Positions 24,465 to 40,596 of a stretch of DNA of 64,000 nucleotides are shown piece by piece (the first letter of the stretch is position 1; every line of letters begins with the position of its first letter). The notes beneath the pieces are model-generated. The model was not told where the DNA came from and made no database searches. It was given only the letters and a program-made list of their open reading frames with translations. Location of the stretch: NCBI RefSeq assembly GCF_055900595.2, contig NZ_CM148325.1. One strand, 5' to 3'. The translations under genes and the position numbers were made by a program.

Positions 24465-24799
24465 TGGCGACAACAATCACAGACGAAGTTTTAGCACTGT
24501 TCCGTGATGAGATTCCAGGTTATCAGGATGACCACGGGAAGGAAATTCCGTTAGAACTGGACTCTGATTTGTTCGACTATCCACGAGATGATTTAGAGGA
24601 CGCTATACGGAAATACAAAGAGAGGTTTGGGATTAACCTGGATAATCTGGACTGGTCTTTTTACCTTCCGTGGGAGTCTGCACCATTGCTTCAACGATGG
24701 TTCAAACTCAAGCGGGAAGAGGTAGAAACAACACGTTTACCGTTAACTGTACGGATGTTTGCAGAATCAGCAGAAGCGGGAAAATGGCTGTATCAGTAG
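24449..24799 (+). CDS. Hypothetical acidic 116-aa protein, overlaps the upstream gene by 16 bp
   Basis: MDFLLMATTITDEVLALFRDEIPGYQDDHGKEIPLELDSDLFDYPRDDLEDAIRKYKERFG...; acidic, overlapping partner typical of an immunity/antitoxin-like gene; possibly DUF1493-like (from memory). Confidence 0.5.
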   Translation: MDFLLMATTITDEVLALFRDEIPGYQDDHGKEIPLELDSDLFDYPRDDLEDAIRKYKERFGINLDNLDWSFYLPWESAPLLQRWFKLKREEVETTRLPLTVRMFAESAEAGKWLYQ

Positions 24800-24891
24800 A
24801 ATAAAAAAGAAGGCTGCGATGCCCCTCTTATTACTGCTGATGATGGTAGTGGTAAAGCATCATCCTGAACTTGAACAGTGAAGTGCTGTCA

Positions 24892-26161
<1,270 letters not shown>

Positions 26162-26381
26162 CCACTACAAAACACTATTTTTCATACCAGTATTTATTCA
26201 ATTCATCAATGTAAAATGTGTTCATTGGGCCATATTTATCACCATGCAGCCACACAACCGCTGCTCACTAACCCAGGTATTGATGAAACCGCGCTGAAGA
26301 GCCTGAACCCTGAACCTCTAACGAGTACCTTTAAAGTCCAATGCAATCCGACACTGTGCTACCCTCTGCGTATAGCTCTAT

Positions 26382-27032
26382 TTGGAATTTACCATGAAAT
26401 ACTTTAGCGATTCTAAATCTTCTTTTAGAAAAAAACAGGTTAGTCGACTAAACTCGCAACACTCAACTAAGCGAAAACCTGAAAACCAGCCCACGCGTGT
26501 GATCCTGTTCAATAAACCCTACGATGTTCTTCCGCAGTTCACCGATGAAGCCGGACGCAAAACATTAAAAGAATTCATCCCGGTTCAGGGAGTGTATGCG
26601 GCAGGTCGTCTCGACCGCGACAGCGAAGGGTTACTGGTGCTGACCAATAACGGCGCTTTGCAGGCGCGTTTAACCCAGCCGGGTAAACGTACCGGGAAAA
26701 TCTATTATGTACAGGTAGAAGGTATTCCCACGGAAGACGCCCTTGAAGCGTTGCGCAATGGCGTAACCTTAAATGATGGCCCTACCCTGCCCGCAGGTGC
26801 GGAGATGGTTGAGGAGCCGGAATGGTTATGGCCCCGTAATCCGCCAATTCGTGAACGAAAAAGTATTCCCACCAGCTGGCTTAAGATCACCTTATATGAA
26901 GGACGTAATCGCCAGGTGCGCCGCATGACCGCCCATGTTGGTTTTCCCACGCTGCGACTGATTCGCTATGCGATGGGTGATTACTCTTTGGATAATCTTG
27001 CCAATGGCGAATGGCGAGAAGCGACAGATTAA
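26382..27032 (+). CDS. rluE: 23S rRNA pseudouridine synthase RluE
   Basis: 216 aa; ...[35 protein letters not shown]...[17 protein letters not shown]...; start could instead be the ATG at 26394. Confidence 0.9.
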   Translation: MEFTMKYFSDSKSSFRKKQVSRLNSQHSTKRKPENQPTRVILFNKPYDVLPQFTDEAGRKTLKEFIPVQGVYAAGRLDRDSEGLLVLTNNGALQARLTQPGKRTGKIYYVQVEGIPTEDALEALRNGVTLNDGPTLPAGAEMVEEPEWLWPRNPPIRERKSIPTSWLKITLYEGRNRQVRRMTAHVGFPTLRLIRYAMGDYSLDNLANGEWREATD

Positions 27033-27041
27033 GGACGCAAA

Positions 27042-28663
<1,622 letters not shown>

Positions 28664-28698
28664 TTATTGTCTTTAATTACAACAAGGAAGCAGTGAAC

Positions 28699-29340
28699 GT
28701 GGCAAAGAATTACTATGACATCACCCTCGCCCTGGCCGGAATTTGTCAGTCGGCACGCCTGGTGCAACAACTCGCTCACCAGGGGCATTGTGATGCCGAT
28801 GCGCTACACGTCTCACTCAACAGTATTATCGATATGAACCCCAGCTCCACGCTGGCGGTTTTTGGCGGCAGCGAAGCTAACCTGCGCGTCGGGCTGGAAA
28901 CATTGCTCGGCGTGCTCAACGCCAGCAGTCGCCAGGGCTTAAATGCTGAGTTAACCCGCTACACCCTTAGCCTGATGGTGCTTGAGCGCAAACTTTCCTC
29001 AGCGAAAGGTGCGCTCGACACTCTGGGCAACCGCATCAACGGCCTGCAACGTCAGCTCGAACACTTCGATCTACAGTCCGAAACGCTGATGAGCGCGATG
29101 GCCGCTATTTATGTTGATGTGATTAGCCCGCTAGGCCCGCGCATTCAGGTCACCGGATCTCCTGCTGTACTGCAAAGCCCACAGGTGCAGGCGAAAGTCC
29201 GCGCCACCCTGCTGGCAGGCATTCGCGCCGCCGTGCTCTGGCACCAGGTCGGCGGCGGACGTCTGCAACTGATGTTTTCTCGTAATAGCCTGACCACTCA
29301 GGCAAAACAAATTCTTGCTCATTTAACCCCGGAGTTGTGA
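28699..29340 (+). CDS. hflD: High-frequency lysogenization protein HflD
   Basis: ORF 28693..29340; likely GTG start at 28699 ([22 protein letters not shown]...) with aaggaag RBS. Confidence 0.93.
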   Translation: MAKNYYDITLALAGICQSARLVQQLAHQGHCDADALHVSLNSIIDMNPSSTLAVFGGSEANLRVGLETLLGVLNASSRQGLNAELTRYTLSLMVLERKLSSAKGALDTLGNRINGLQRQLEHFDLQSETLMSAMAAIYVDVISPLGPRIQVTGSPAVLQSPQVQAKVRATLLAGIRAAVLWHQVGGGRLQLMFSRNSLTTQAKQILAHLTPEL

Positions 29341-30714
<1,374 letters not shown>

Positions 30715-30805
30715 GCCTCAAATCAGTGCCGGATGGCGATGCTGTCCGGCCTGCTTATTAAGATTATCCGCTTTTTATTTTTTCTCTTTACCTCCCCTCC
30801 CCGCT

Positions 30806-30822
30806 GGTTTATTTAATGTTTA
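30806..30822 (+). promoter_or_regulatory. PhoP box (direct repeat GGTTTA-N5-TGTTTA) in the phoPQ promoter
   Basis: ggtttatttaatgttta about 60 bp upstream of the phoP start; known autoregulated promoter architecture. Confidence 0.7.
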
Positions 30823-30882
30823 CCCCCATAACGACATAATCGCGTTACACTATTTTAATAATTAAAACAGGGAGAATGAAAA

Positions 30883-31554
30883 ATGCGCGTACTGGTTGTT
30901 GAAGACAATGCGTTGTTACGTCACCATCTTAAAGTTCAGATTCAGGATGCTGGTCATCAGGTCGATGACGCAGAAGATGCCAAAGAAGCCGATTATTATC
31001 TCAATGAGCATTTACCGGATATTGCGATTGTCGATCTCGGTTTGCCTGACGAGGACGGTCTGTCACTGATTCGCCGCTGGCGTAGCAATGATGTTTCACT
31101 GCCGATTCTGGTATTAACCGCCCGTGAAAGCTGGCAGGACAAAGTCGAAGTATTAAGTGCCGGTGCTGATGATTACGTGACTAAACCGTTTCATATTGAA
31201 GAGGTGATGGCGCGAATGCAGGCATTAATGCGGCGTAATAGCGGTCTGGCTTCACAGGTCATTTCGCTACCACCGTTTCAGGTTGATCTCTCCCGCCGTG
31301 AATTATCTATTAATGACGAAGTGATCAAACTGACCGCGTTCGAATACACCATTATGGAAACGTTGATACGCAATAATGGCAAAGTGGTCAGCAAAGATTC
31401 GTTAATGCTACAACTCTACCCGGATGCGGAGCTGCGGGAAAGCCATACCATTGATGTACTGATGGGACGTCTGCGCAAAAAAATTCAGGCACAATATCCG
31501 CAAGAAGTGATTACCACCGTTCGCGGCCAGGGCTATCTGTTCGAATTGCGCTGA
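30883..31554 (+). CDS. phoP: Response regulator PhoP
   Basis: 223 aa, [40 protein letters not shown]... Confidence 0.97.
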   Translation: MRVLVVEDNALLRHHLKVQIQDAGHQVDDAEDAKEADYYLNEHLPDIAIVDLGLPDEDGLSLIRRWRSNDVSLPILVLTARESWQDKVEVLSAGADDYVTKPFHIEEVMARMQALMRRNSGLASQVISLPPFQVDLSRRELSINDEVIKLTAFEYTIMETLIRNNGKVVSKDSLMLQLYPDAELRESHTIDVLMGRLRKKIQAQYPQEVITTVRGQGYLFELR

Positions 31555-33014
31555 TGAAAAAATTACTGCGTCTTTTTTTCCCGCTCTCGCTGCGGGTACG
31601 TTTTCTGTTAGCAACGGCAGCAGTAGTATTGGTGCTTTCGCTTGCCTACGGAATGGTTGCGCTGATCGGTTATAGCGTCAGTTTCGATAAAACCACGTTT
31701 CGGCTGTTACGTGGCGAGAGCAATCTGTTCTATACCCTTGCGAAGTGGGAAAACAATAAGTTGCATGTCGAGTTACCCGAAAATATCGACAAGCAAAGCC
31801 CCACTATGACGCTAATTTATGATGAGAACGGGCAGCTTTTATGGGCGCAACGTGACGTGCCCTGGCTGATGAAGATGATCCAGCCTGACTGGCTGAAATC
31901 GAATGGTTTTCATGAAATTGAAGCGGATGTTAACGATACCAGCCTCTTGCTGAGTGGAGATCATTCAATACAGCAACAGTTGCAGGAAGTGCGGGAAGAT
32001 GATGACGACGCGGAGATGACCCACTCGGTGGCGGTAAACGTCTACCCGGCAACATCGCGGATGCCAAAGTTAACCATTGTGGTGGTGGATACCATTCCGG
32101 TGGAGCTAAAAAGTTCCTATATGGTCTGGAGCTGGTTTATCTATGTGCTTTCAGCCAATCTGCTGTTAGTGATCCCGCTGCTGTGGGTAGCCGCCTGGTG
32201 GAGTTTACGTCCCATCGAGGCCCTGGCAAAAGAAGTCCGCGAACTGGAAGAGCATAACCGCGAATTGCTCAATCCTGCCACAACACGAGAACTGACCAGT
32301 CTGGTACGAAACCTGAACCGACTGTTAAAAAGTGAACGCGAACGTTACGACAAATACCGCACTACGCTCACCGACCTGACCCATAGTCTGAAAACGCCAC
32401 TGGCGGTGCTGCAAAGTACGCTGCGTTCTCTGCGTAGTGAGAAGATGAGCGTCAGTGATGCAGAGCCGGTGATGCTGGAGCAAATCAGCCGCATTTCACA
32501 GCAAATTGGCTACTACCTGCATCGTGCCAGTATGCGCGGAGGGACATTGCTTAGCCGCGAACTGCATCCGGTCGCCCCTCTGTTGGACAATCTCACCTCG
32601 GCGCTGAACAAAGTGTATCAACGCAAAGGGGTCAATATCTCTCTCGATATTTCACCAGAGATCAGCTTTGTTGGTGAGCAGAACGATTTTGTCGAGGTGA
32701 TGGGCAACGTGCTGGATAACGCCTGTAAATATTGCCTCGAGTTTGTCGAAATTTCTGCAAGGCAAACCGACGAGCATCTCTATATTGTGGTCGAGGATGA
32801 TGGCCCCGGTATTCCATTAAGCAAGCGAGAGGTCATTTTCGACCGTGGTCAACGGGTTGATACTTTACGCCCTGGGCAAGGTGTAGGGCTGGCGGTAGCC
32901 CGCGAAATCACCGAGCAGTATGAGGGTAAAATCGTCGCCGGAGAGAGCATGCTGGGCGGTGCGCGGATGGAGGTGATTTTTGGTCGCCAGCATTCTGCGC
33001 CGAAAGATGAATAA
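31554..33014 (+). CDS. phoQ: Sensor histidine kinase PhoQ
   Basis: 486 aa; start overlaps the phoP stop; histidine-kinase motifs. Confidence 0.97.
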   Translation: MKKLLRLFFPLSLRVRFLLATAAVVLVLSLAYGMVALIGYSVSFDKTTFRLLRGESNLFYTLAKWENNKLHVELPENIDKQSPTMTLIYDENGQLLWAQRDVPWLMKMIQPDWLKSNGFHEIEADVNDTSLLLSGDHSIQQQLQEVREDDDDAEMTHSVAVNVYPATSRMPKLTIVVVDTIPVELKSSYMVWSWFIYVLSANLLLVIPLLWVAAWWSLRPIEALAKEVRELEEHNRELLNPATTRELTSLVRNLNRLLKSERERYDKYRTTLTDLTHSLKTPLAVLQSTLRSLRSEKMSVSDAEPVMLEQISRISQQIGYYLHRASMRGGTLLSRELHPVAPLLDNLTSALNKVYQRKGVNISLDISPEISFVGEQNDFVEVMGNVLDNACKYCLEFVEISARQTDEHLYIVVEDDGPGIPLSKREVIFDRGQRVDTLRPGQGVGLAVAREITEQYEGKIVAGESMLGGARMEVIFGRQHSAPKDE

Positions 33015-33089
33015 ATATGTCCATACTTCACGCATTACGTTAAGCATCCGTTATAATCGGTTGCAGATACCAGCCTGTGGATGCTTAAC

Positions 33090-34211
33090 ATGGAATACCA
33101 ACTCACTCTTAACTGGCCCGATTTTCTTGAACGTCACTGGCAGAAACGCCCGGTGGTGTTAAAACGCGGCTTTAATAATTTTATTGACCCGATCTCTCCA
33201 GACGAGTTGGCGGGTCTGGCGATGGAAAGCGAAGTCGACAGTCGACTGGTCAGTCACCAGGATGGCAAATGGCAGGTCAGCCACGGCCCGTTCGAAAGCT
33301 ACGATCATCTCGGTGAAACCAACTGGTCGTTACTGGTACAGGCAGTGAACCACTGGCATGAGCCGACCGCCGCACTGATGCGGCCGTTCCGTGAACTACC
33401 AGACTGGCGTATTGATGACCTGATGATCTCTTTTTCCGTACCTGGCGGCGGCGTCGGCCCACATCTCGATCAGTACGACGTGTTTATCATTCAGGGTACC
33501 GGACGTCGTCGCTGGCGAGTGGGCGAAAAGCTGCAAATGAAACAGCACTGCCCGCACCCGGATCTGTTACAGGTCGATCCGTTCGAAGCCATCATCGATG
33601 AAGAGCTGGAGCCTGGCGATATCCTTTATATTCCGCCAGGATTCCCGCATGAAGGCTACGCACTGGAAAATGCGATGAACTATTCCGTGGGTTTTCGCGC
33701 GCCAAATACGCGGGAACTGATTAGCGGATTTGCCGATTATGTGCTGCAACGTGAACTGGGCGGCAACTACTACAGCGATCCTGATGTTCCACCTCGCGCT
33801 CATCCTGCGGACGTTCTGCCGCAAGAGATGGATAAACTGCGTGAGATGATGCTCGAATTGATCAACCAGCCGGAACACTTTAAGCAATGGTTTGGCGAGT
33901 TTATATCCCAGTCACGTCATGAACTGGATATCGCGCCGCCAGAGCCGCCTTATCAGCCGGATGAAATCTACGATGCGCTGAAACAAGGTGATGTGCTGGT
34001 ACGCCTGGGGGGGCTGCGCGTATTGCGCATTGGCGACGACGTGTATGCCAATGGTGAGAAGATCGATTCCCCGCACCGTCCGGCACTGGATGCGCTCGCC
34101 AGCAACATTGCGCTGACCGCGGAGAATTTTGGTGATGCACTGGAAGATCCGTCATTTCTCGCGATGCTCGCAGCGCTGGTCAATAGCGGGTATTGGTTCT
34201 TCGAAGGGTAA
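33090..34211 (+). CDS. roxA: Ribosomal protein uL16 arginine hydroxylase RoxA (YcfD), JmjC/cupin
   Basis: ORF 33081..34211; 373 aa from MEYQLTLNWPDFLERHWQKRPVVLKRGF... Confidence 0.93.
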   Translation: MEYQLTLNWPDFLERHWQKRPVVLKRGFNNFIDPISPDELAGLAMESEVDSRLVSHQDGKWQVSHGPFESYDHLGETNWSLLVQAVNHWHEPTAALMRPFRELPDWRIDDLMISFSVPGGGVGPHLDQYDVFIIQGTGRRRWRVGEKLQMKQHCPHPDLLQVDPFEAIIDEELEPGDILYIPPGFPHEGYALENAMNYSVGFRAPNTRELISGFADYVLQRELGGNYYSDPDVPPRAHPADVLPQEMDKLREMMLELINQPEHFKQWFGEFISQSRHELDIAPPEPPYQPDEIYDALKQGDVLVRLGGLRVLRIGDDVYANGEKIDSPHRPALDALASNIALTAENFGDALEDPSFLAMLAALVNSGYWFFEG

Positions 34212-34258
34212 GTTTGAAGTTAAGCTGGATGCGGCATCACATGCCGCATCCCTTTTCG

Positions 34259-35485
34259 CTACTTCCGTTGCGCCGTTAACTCGGCAATACGGACGATCAC
34301 CTGCACCGCTTTTTCCATACCTTCCAGAGTCACAAATTCATGCTTACCATGGTAGTTGTAACCGCCAGTGAACAGGTTCGGGCACGGTAATCCCATAAAC
34401 GACAACTGCGCGCCGTCGGTACCGCCGCGGATCGGTTTCAGTTCCGGCTCAATATCGCAGTCACGCATCGCCTGCTGGGCGATATCGAGAATATGCGGAT
34501 GCTCAACCACTTTCTCGCGCATATTGTAGTAACTGTCTTCAATCACCAGTTCAATGTAGCAATCAGGATGTAACCCTTTGCCCACTTTTTTGGCGATCTC
34601 CATCATTTTACGTTTACGCGCTTCAAACTGTTTACGGTCGAAATCACGGATGATGTAGTGCATATCGGCCCGTTCAACGGTGCCTTTCATGCTCGCCAGG
34701 TGATAGAAACCTTCATAGCCTTCTGTCATTTCCGGGCTTTCATCCGCCGGAACTTCCGCATGAATACGTGCCGCCAGCGACAGCGCATTTACCATCACTC
34801 CTTTCGCCGTGCCCGGGTGAACATTGTTACCGACAATTTTGATATTGACCGACGCGGCGTTGAAGTTTTCAAACTCCAGTTCGCCGACGCCACCACCATC
34901 AACGGTGTAAGCCCAGCGGGCATCGAAGGCGTCAACATCAAAATGTTTCGCCCCTTTGCCCACTTCTTCATCCGGGGTAAAGGCGACGCGAATATCACCA
35001 TGCGGAATGTTTTTTTGTTGTAATACCGCCAGCGCGGTCATGATTTCTGCAACACCTGCTTTATCATCGGCACCTAACAAGGTTTTACCATCGGTGGTAA
35101 TCAGCGTCTGACCCAGTAGCTGATGCAGCACCGGGAACATAACCGGTGATAAAACTTCATCGCCGATACCCAGCGCAATATCGCCACCACGATAGTTTTC
35201 AACAATTTGCGGATTCACATTTTTGCCGCTGCAATCCGGTGAGGTATCCACATGAGAAATAAAGCCAATCGCCGGGATATCGCCAGGGACGTTAGCCGGT
35301 AACGTCGCCATCAAAGTGCCCTTCTCACTTAAGGTCACATTGATAAGCCCCATCTCTTCGAGCTGCTCTTTCAGCAGATGCAATAACTTCCATTGGCCTT
35401 CCGTGCTGGGAACCTGTCTCACCCCTGCCTTTGATTGGGTATCCAGAGACACGTAGTTCAAAAATCGCTCAAGTAGTTTATCCAT
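34259..35485 (-). CDS. pepT: Peptidase T (tripeptide aminopeptidase)
   Basis: ORF 34259..35527; 408 aa from [25 protein letters not shown]... Confidence 0.95.
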   Translation of the reverse strand: MDKLLERFLNYVSLDTQSKAGVRQVPSTEGQWKLLHLLKEQLEEMGLINVTLSEKGTLMATLPANVPGDIPAIGFISHVDTSPDCSGKNVNPQIVENYRGGDIALGIGDEVLSPVMFPVLHQLLGQTLITTDGKTLLGADDKAGVAEIMTALAVLQQKNIPHGDIRVAFTPDEEVGKGAKHFDVDAFDARWAYTVDGGGVGELEFENFNAASVNIKIVGNNVHPGTAKGVMVNALSLAARIHAEVPADESPEMTEGYEGFYHLASMKGTVERADMHYIIRDFDRKQFEARKRKMMEIAKKVGKGLHPDCYIELVIEDSYYNMREKVVEHPHILDIAQQAMRDCDIEPELKPIRGGTDGAQLSFMGLPCPNLFTGGYNYHGKHEFVTLEGMEKAVQVIVRIAELTAQRK

Positions 35486-35734
35486 GTAGTCACCCTCACT
35501 TTTTGTGACAACATTATTAAGAAGCAAGAAAAGACAAATATTGCGTCAGGTCACTTTTAGCCCTGCAAGCGGGAATATTTATCAGCATTACCTTAATGAA
35601 TATAAAGCTAAGCCAGTAATTCACAACAAAGATTGGCGATTCAAGCGGTTTGCCGTAGAATTACCGCCCTCATTAAGAGTCACCAAGGTGGTTAACCACA
35701 AACCCCGCATCGGTAAGCCATCCGTTGCGTTTAC

Positions 35735-36871
35735 ATGGGACAGAGTAAAAAATTGAATAAACAACCGAGTTCGCTTTCACCGCTGGTGCAATTGGCGGGA
35801 ATTCGCAAATGCTTTGATGGTAAAGAGGTCATTCCCCAGCTGGATCTGACTATCAACAATGGCGAGTTCCTCACGCTGCTTGGCCCTTCTGGCTGCGGTA
35901 AAACAACCGTTCTTCGCCTGATTGCAGGTCTGGAAACTGTTGATTCCGGACGCATCATGCTGGATAACGAGGACATCACCCTCGTTCCGGCGGAAAACCG
36001 CTATGTGAACACTGTTTTCCAAAGCTACGCACTTTTCCCCCACATGACCGTGTTCGAAAATGTGGCCTTTGGGTTGCGCATGCAAAAAACCCCCGCTGCT
36101 GAAATTACGCCCCGCGTGATGGAAGCCCTGCGGATGGTGCAGCTGGAAACCTTCGCTCAACGTAAACCGCATCAGCTTTCTGGTGGTCAACAGCAACGCG
36201 TCGCCATTGCTCGCGCGGTGGTTAACAAGCCTCGTCTGTTGTTGCTGGATGAGTCGCTCTCAGCGCTGGATTACAAACTGCGCAAGCAAATGCAGAACGA
36301 GCTGAAAGCGTTACAGCGTAAGCTTGGCATTACATTCGTGTTCGTAACTCACGACCAGGAAGAAGCACTCACCATGTCGGACAGGATTGTGGTGATGCGC
36401 GATGGTCGCATTGAGCAAGACGGCACGCCGCGTGAAATCTACGAAGAGCCGAAAAACCTGTTTGTTGCTGGGTTTATCGGTGAAATCAATATGTTTAATG
36501 CCACGGTCATCGAACGTCTCGACGAGCAGCGCGTACGCGCCAACGTTGAAGGCCGCGAGTGTAATATCTACGTTAACTTCGGCGTTGAACCGGGGCAAAA
36601 ACTGCATGTTCTGCTGCGCCCGGAAGACTTACGTGTTGAAGAGATTAACGACGACAACCACGCCGAAGGGCTGATTGGTTACGTTCGCGAGCGTAATTAC
36701 AAAGGCATGACGCTGGAGTCGGTTGTTGAGCTGGAAAATGGCAAGATGGTGATGGTCAGCGAATTCTTCAATGAAGACGATCCTGACTTTGACCACTCTC
36801 TCGACCAAAAAATGGCCATTAATTGGGTAGAAAGCTGGGAGGTCGTACTGGCTGATGAAGAACACAAGTAA
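35735..36871 (+). CDS. potA: Spermidine/putrescine ABC transporter ATPase PotA
   Basis: 378 aa; Walker [13 protein letters not shown] signature LSGGQQQR. Confidence 0.97.
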   Translation: MGQSKKLNKQPSSLSPLVQLAGIRKCFDGKEVIPQLDLTINNGEFLTLLGPSGCGKTTVLRLIAGLETVDSGRIMLDNEDITLVPAENRYVNTVFQSYALFPHMTVFENVAFGLRMQKTPAAEITPRVMEALRMVQLETFAQRKPHQLSGGQQQRVAIARAVVNKPRLLLLDESLSALDYKLRKQMQNELKALQRKLGITFVFVTHDQEEALTMSDRIVVMRDGRIEQDGTPREIYEEPKNLFVAGFIGEINMFNATVIERLDEQRVRANVEGRECNIYVNFGVEPGQKLHVLLRPEDLRVEEINDDNHAEGLIGYVRERNYKGMTLESVVELENGKMVMVSEFFNEDDPDFDHSLDQKMAINWVESWEVVLADEEHK

Positions 36872-37712
36872 GTTCCAGAATGTAGTGATTGTCACTATCG
36901 TCGGTTGGCTTGTGTTGTTTGTCTTTCTGCCCAACCTGATGATCATTGGCACCAGCTTTTTGACCCGCGACGACGCCAGTTTCGTCAAAATGGTCTTTAC
37001 GCTGGATAACTACACGCGTCTGCTCGATCCGCTCTATTTTGAAGTGCTATTGCACTCGCTGAATATGGCGCTGATCGCCACCCTCGCCTGCCTGGTGCTG
37101 GGCTATCCCTTTGCCTGGTTTCTGGCGAAGCTGCCACACAAGGTGCGTCCGCTGCTGCTGTTTCTGCTGATTGTTCCGTTCTGGACCAACTCATTGATTC
37201 GTATCTACGGGCTGAAAATTTTCCTCAGCACCAAAGGCTATCTCAACGAGTTTTTGCTCTGGCTGGGCGTTATCGATACACCAATTCGCATTATGTTCAC
37301 ACCCAGTGCGGTGATTATCGGTCTGGTTTACATTCTGCTGCCGTTTATGGTGATGCCGCTGTACTCCAGTATCGAAAAACTGGATAAGCCGTTGCTGGAG
37401 GCGGCGCGCGATCTCGGTGCCAGCAAGTTGCAGACCTTTATCCGTATCATTATCCCACTGACGATGCCGGGGATTATTGCCGGATGTCTGCTGGTGATGC
37501 TGCCAGCGATGGGCCTGTTCTATGTGTCTGACCTGATGGGCGGTGCGAAAAACCTGCTGATTGGTAACGTCATCAAGGTCCAGTTCCTCAATATTCGTGA
37601 CTGGCCGTTTGGTGCTGCCACCAGCATTACGCTGACTATCGTAATGGGCCTGATGTTGCTGGTTTACTGGCGCGCTTCTCGTCTGCTGAATAAGAAGGTG
37701 GAACTCGAATGA
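36855..37712 (+). CDS. potB: Spermidine/putrescine ABC transporter permease PotB
   Basis: ORF-track coordinates, 285 aa; the true start may be slightly downstream; overlaps the potA 3' end. Confidence 0.93.
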   Translation: MKNTSKFQNVVIVTIVGWLVLFVFLPNLMIIGTSFLTRDDASFVKMVFTLDNYTRLLDPLYFEVLLHSLNMALIATLACLVLGYPFAWFLAKLPHKVRPLLLFLLIVPFWTNSLIRIYGLKIFLSTKGYLNEFLLWLGVIDTPIRIMFTPSAVIIGLVYILLPFMVMPLYSSIEKLDKPLLEAARDLGASKLQTFIRIIIPLTMPGIIAGCLLVMLPAMGLFYVSDLMGGAKNLLIGNVIKVQFLNIRDWPFGAATSITLTIVMGLMLLVYWRASRLLNKKVELE

Positions 37713-38503
37713 TCGGTCGACTGCTTCGCGGCGGTTTTATGACCGCTATCTACGCGTACCTGTATATCCCAATCATTATTTTGATTGTGAACTCCTTTAA
37801 CAGCTCGCGCTTTGGCATCAACTGGCAGGGTTTTACCACCAAATGGTATAGCCTGCTGATGAACAACGACAGCCTGTTACAGGCAGCTCAGCATTCTCTG
37901 ACGATGGCGGTGTTTTCGGCGACGTTTGCTACGCTTATCGGTTCACTGACGGCAGTTGCGCTGTACCGTTATCGCTTTCGTGGTAAGCCGTTCGTTAGCG
38001 GAATGCTGTTTGTGGTGATGATGTCACCAGATATCGTAATGGCGATTTCGCTGCTGGTGCTGTTTATGCTGCTGGGTATTCAGCTTGGCTTCTGGTCGCT
38101 GCTGTTCTCGCATATCACCTTCTGCCTGCCGTTTGTGGTGGTGACGGTGTATTCGCGCCTGAAAGGTTTTGATGTGCGAATGCTGGAAGCGGCGAAAGAT
38201 CTCGGTGCCAGCGAATTTACCATTCTGCGAAAAATCATTCTGCCACTGGCAATGCCTGCGGTGGCGGCGGGCTGGGTGTTAAGCTTTACCCTGTCGATGG
38301 ACGATGTAGTAGTTTCTTCGTTCGTCACCGGACCAAGCTATGAAATTCTGCCGTTAAAAATTTATTCGATGGTCAAAGTCGGCGTATCGCCGGAAGTTAA
38401 CGCGCTGGCAACCATATTACTGGTGCTGTCGCTGGTGATGGTAATTGCCAGCCAGCTTATTGCTCGTGATAAAACGAAAGGTAACACAGGGGACGTTAAA
38501 TGA
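37709..38503 (+). CDS. potC: Spermidine/putrescine ABC transporter permease PotC
   Basis: 264 aa; 4-bp overlap with potB. Confidence 0.96.
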   Translation: MIGRLLRGGFMTAIYAYLYIPIIILIVNSFNSSRFGINWQGFTTKWYSLLMNNDSLLQAAQHSLTMAVFSATFATLIGSLTAVALYRYRFRGKPFVSGMLFVVMMSPDIVMAISLLVLFMLLGIQLGFWSLLFSHITFCLPFVVVTVYSRLKGFDVRMLEAAKDLGASEFTILRKIILPLAMPAVAAGWVLSFTLSMDDVVVSSFVTGPSYEILPLKIYSMVKVGVSPEVNALATILLVLSLVMVIASQLIARDKTKGNTGDVK

Positions 38504-39546
38504 AAAAATGGTCACGCCACCTGCTCGCGGCGGGTGCTCTGGCACTGGGCATGAGCGCCGCTCACGCCGATGACAACAACACGCTGTATTTCTACAACTG
38601 GACCGAGTACGTGCCGCCAGGACTGCTTGAACAGTTCACCAAAGAAACCGGTATTAAGGTTATCTATTCGACTTACGAGTCGAACGAAACCATGTACGCG
38701 AAGCTGAAAACGTACAAAGACGGTGCCTATGACCTGGTGGTTCCTTCAACCTATTACGTCGATAAAATGCGTAAAGAAGGGATGATCCAGAAGATCGATA
38801 AGTCGAAGTTAAGCAATTTCAGCAACCTCGATCCAGACATGCTCAACAAGCCGTTTGACCCGAATAACGACTATTCCATTCCGTATATCTGGGGTGCGAC
38901 GGCGATTGGCGTTAACGGTGATGCGGTGGATCCGAAATCTGTCACCAGCTGGGCCGATCTGTGGAAACCTGAGTACAAAGGCAGCCTGCTGCTGACCGAC
39001 GATGCCCGTGAAGTGTTCCAGATGGCGCTGCGCAAACTGGGCTACTCCGGTAACACCACCGATCCGAAAGAGATTGAAGCTGCGTATAACGAGCTGAAAA
39101 AACTGATGCCAAACGTAGCGGCGTTTAACTCCGATAACCCAGCTAACCCGTACATGGAAGGCGAAGTTAACCTCGGCATGATCTGGAACGGTTCCGCTTT
39201 CGTTGCACGCCAGGCGGGTACGCCAATTGACGTGGTATGGCCGAAAGAAGGCGGCATTTTCTGGATGGACAGCCTGGCGATCCCGGCAAATGCCAAAAAC
39301 AAAGAGGGCGCGCTGAAATTGATCAACTTCCTGCTGCGCCCGGATGTGGCAAAACAGGTTGCTGAAACTATCGGTTATCCAACGCCAAACCTCGCCGCGC
39401 GTAAGCTGTTAAGCCCGGAAATAGCGGACGACAAGACGCTCTACCCGGATGCTGAAACCATTAAAAATGGCGAATGGCAGAATGACGTTGGCGCAGCCAG
39501 CAGCATTTATGAAGAGTATTATCAGAAGCTGAAAGCAGGACGTTAA
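38500..39546 (+). CDS. potD: Spermidine/putrescine periplasmic binding protein PotD
   Basis: 348 aa with signal peptide MKKWSRHLLAAGALALGMSAAHA. Confidence 0.97.
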   Translation: MKKWSRHLLAAGALALGMSAAHADDNNTLYFYNWTEYVPPGLLEQFTKETGIKVIYSTYESNETMYAKLKTYKDGAYDLVVPSTYYVDKMRKEGMIQKIDKSKLSNFSNLDPDMLNKPFDPNNDYSIPYIWGATAIGVNGDAVDPKSVTSWADLWKPEYKGSLLLTDDAREVFQMALRKLGYSGNTTDPKEIEAAYNELKKLMPNVAAFNSDNPANPYMEGEVNLGMIWNGSAFVARQAGTPIDVVWPKEGGIFWMDSLAIPANAKNKEGALKLINFLLRPDVAKQVAETIGYPTPNLAARKLLSPEIADDKTLYPDAETIKNGEWQNDVGAASSIYEEYYQKLKAGR

Positions 39547-39553
39547 TTCAGCA

Positions 39554-39586
39554 AGCGGGCGGTGGTATTACCGCCCGTTTTTTCAT
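39554..39586 (+). terminator. Rho-independent terminator of the pot operon
   Basis: gcgggcggtggtattaccgcccg stem-loop followed by tttttt. Confidence 0.7.
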
Positions 39587-39714
39587 TTAGCAAGGATGTG
39601 GCTAATGTTGCTGTTATGGACGAGTAAACGCTAAAAGAGGCAGTAAATATGCCAGATGCGGCGTCAACGCCTTCTCTGGTCTACGACACCCGCAAATTCA
39701 ATTCATTGCGCCCC

Positions 39715-39757
39715 ATCGCAGGCCTGATAAGCGTAGCGCATCAGGCAATGCTTCCTG
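39715..39757. repeat. REP-like palindromic element
   Basis: gcaggcctgataagcgtagcgcatcaggcaatgc; GCCTGAT...ATCAGGC REP-type palindrome. Confidence 0.5.
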
Positions 39758-39759
39758 CT

Positions 39760-40581
39760 TTATAAGCCCTTCAGCAACTTTTCAACAAACTCTGGCACCA
39801 CCTGGCTTGCCGGGCCGTAATATTTCTCGGCAAATTCATTACCGACCTGACTCGGTTCAAGATTGAGTTCCACAGTGTGCGCACCATGCAGTTTCGCTTC
39901 GTGAACAAATCCAGCCGCCGGATAAACATGCCCGGAAGTACCAATGGCAATGAAAATATCGGCCATCGACAACGCCATATAAATTTCATCCATGCCGAGT
40001 GGCATTTCGCCAAACCACACTACGTGCGGGCGCAAGGGTGCCGGGAACTGGCAACAATGGCATTTATCTTCTGGCGTAACGTCTCCGGTCCAGTCGAGAA
40101 CCTGACCACTTTGCGAACAGCGAACTTTCAGCAGTTCCCCATGCATATGAATAACATTGGTATTACCTGCGCGTTCATGCAGGTTGTCGATATTCTGCGT
40201 CACCAGCAAAAAGCGATCGCCGAGAGCGTCTTGCAGTTTAGCTAGCGCAAGATGCGCGGCGTTAGGCTGAATTTCTGGCTGCTGTAGCTGTCGACGACGG
40301 GCGTTATAAAACGCTTGCACCAGTTCAGGATCGCGATCGAAACCTTCCGGCGTTGCCACATCTTCAACCCGATGTTCTTCCCACAGGCCATCTGCGGCGC
40401 GAAAGGTACGAATACCTGATTCCGCAGAAATCCCTGCCCCTGTCAGTACGAGTACTCTTGGTTTTTCCATTGCTTCCGGCACCACTTTATCTCTGAAAAA
40501 AATACGCTGACGCAAACGCTCGCGCAGGCGGCGTTTATTTTTACGAAAACGACTTAACCGATGACCCCGACGCGACAGCAT
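39760..40581 (-). CDS. cobB: NAD-dependent protein deacylase CobB (sirtuin)
   Basis: 273 aa ORF; sirtuin core [14 protein letters not shown]... and Zn-binding CxxC...CxxC. Confidence 0.95.
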   Translation of the reverse strand: MLSRRGHRLSRFRKNKRRLRERLRQRIFFRDKVVPEAMEKPRVLVLTGAGISAESGIRTFRAADGLWEEHRVEDVATPEGFDRDPELVQAFYNARRRQLQQPEIQPNAAHLALAKLQDALGDRFLLVTQNIDNLHERAGNTNVIHMHGELLKVRCSQSGQVLDWTGDVTPEDKCHCCQFPAPLRPHVVWFGEMPLGMDEIYMALSMADIFIAIGTSGHVYPAAGFVHEAKLHGAHTVELNLEPSQVGNEFAEKYYGPASQVVPEFVEKLLKGL

Positions 40582-40596
40582 AGCAACCTCTGTTGT

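Noticed and set aside
26216-26407. 63-aa ORF between the IS3 right end and rluE
   Set aside because: Overlaps the rluE start region; no RBS; likely non-coding.
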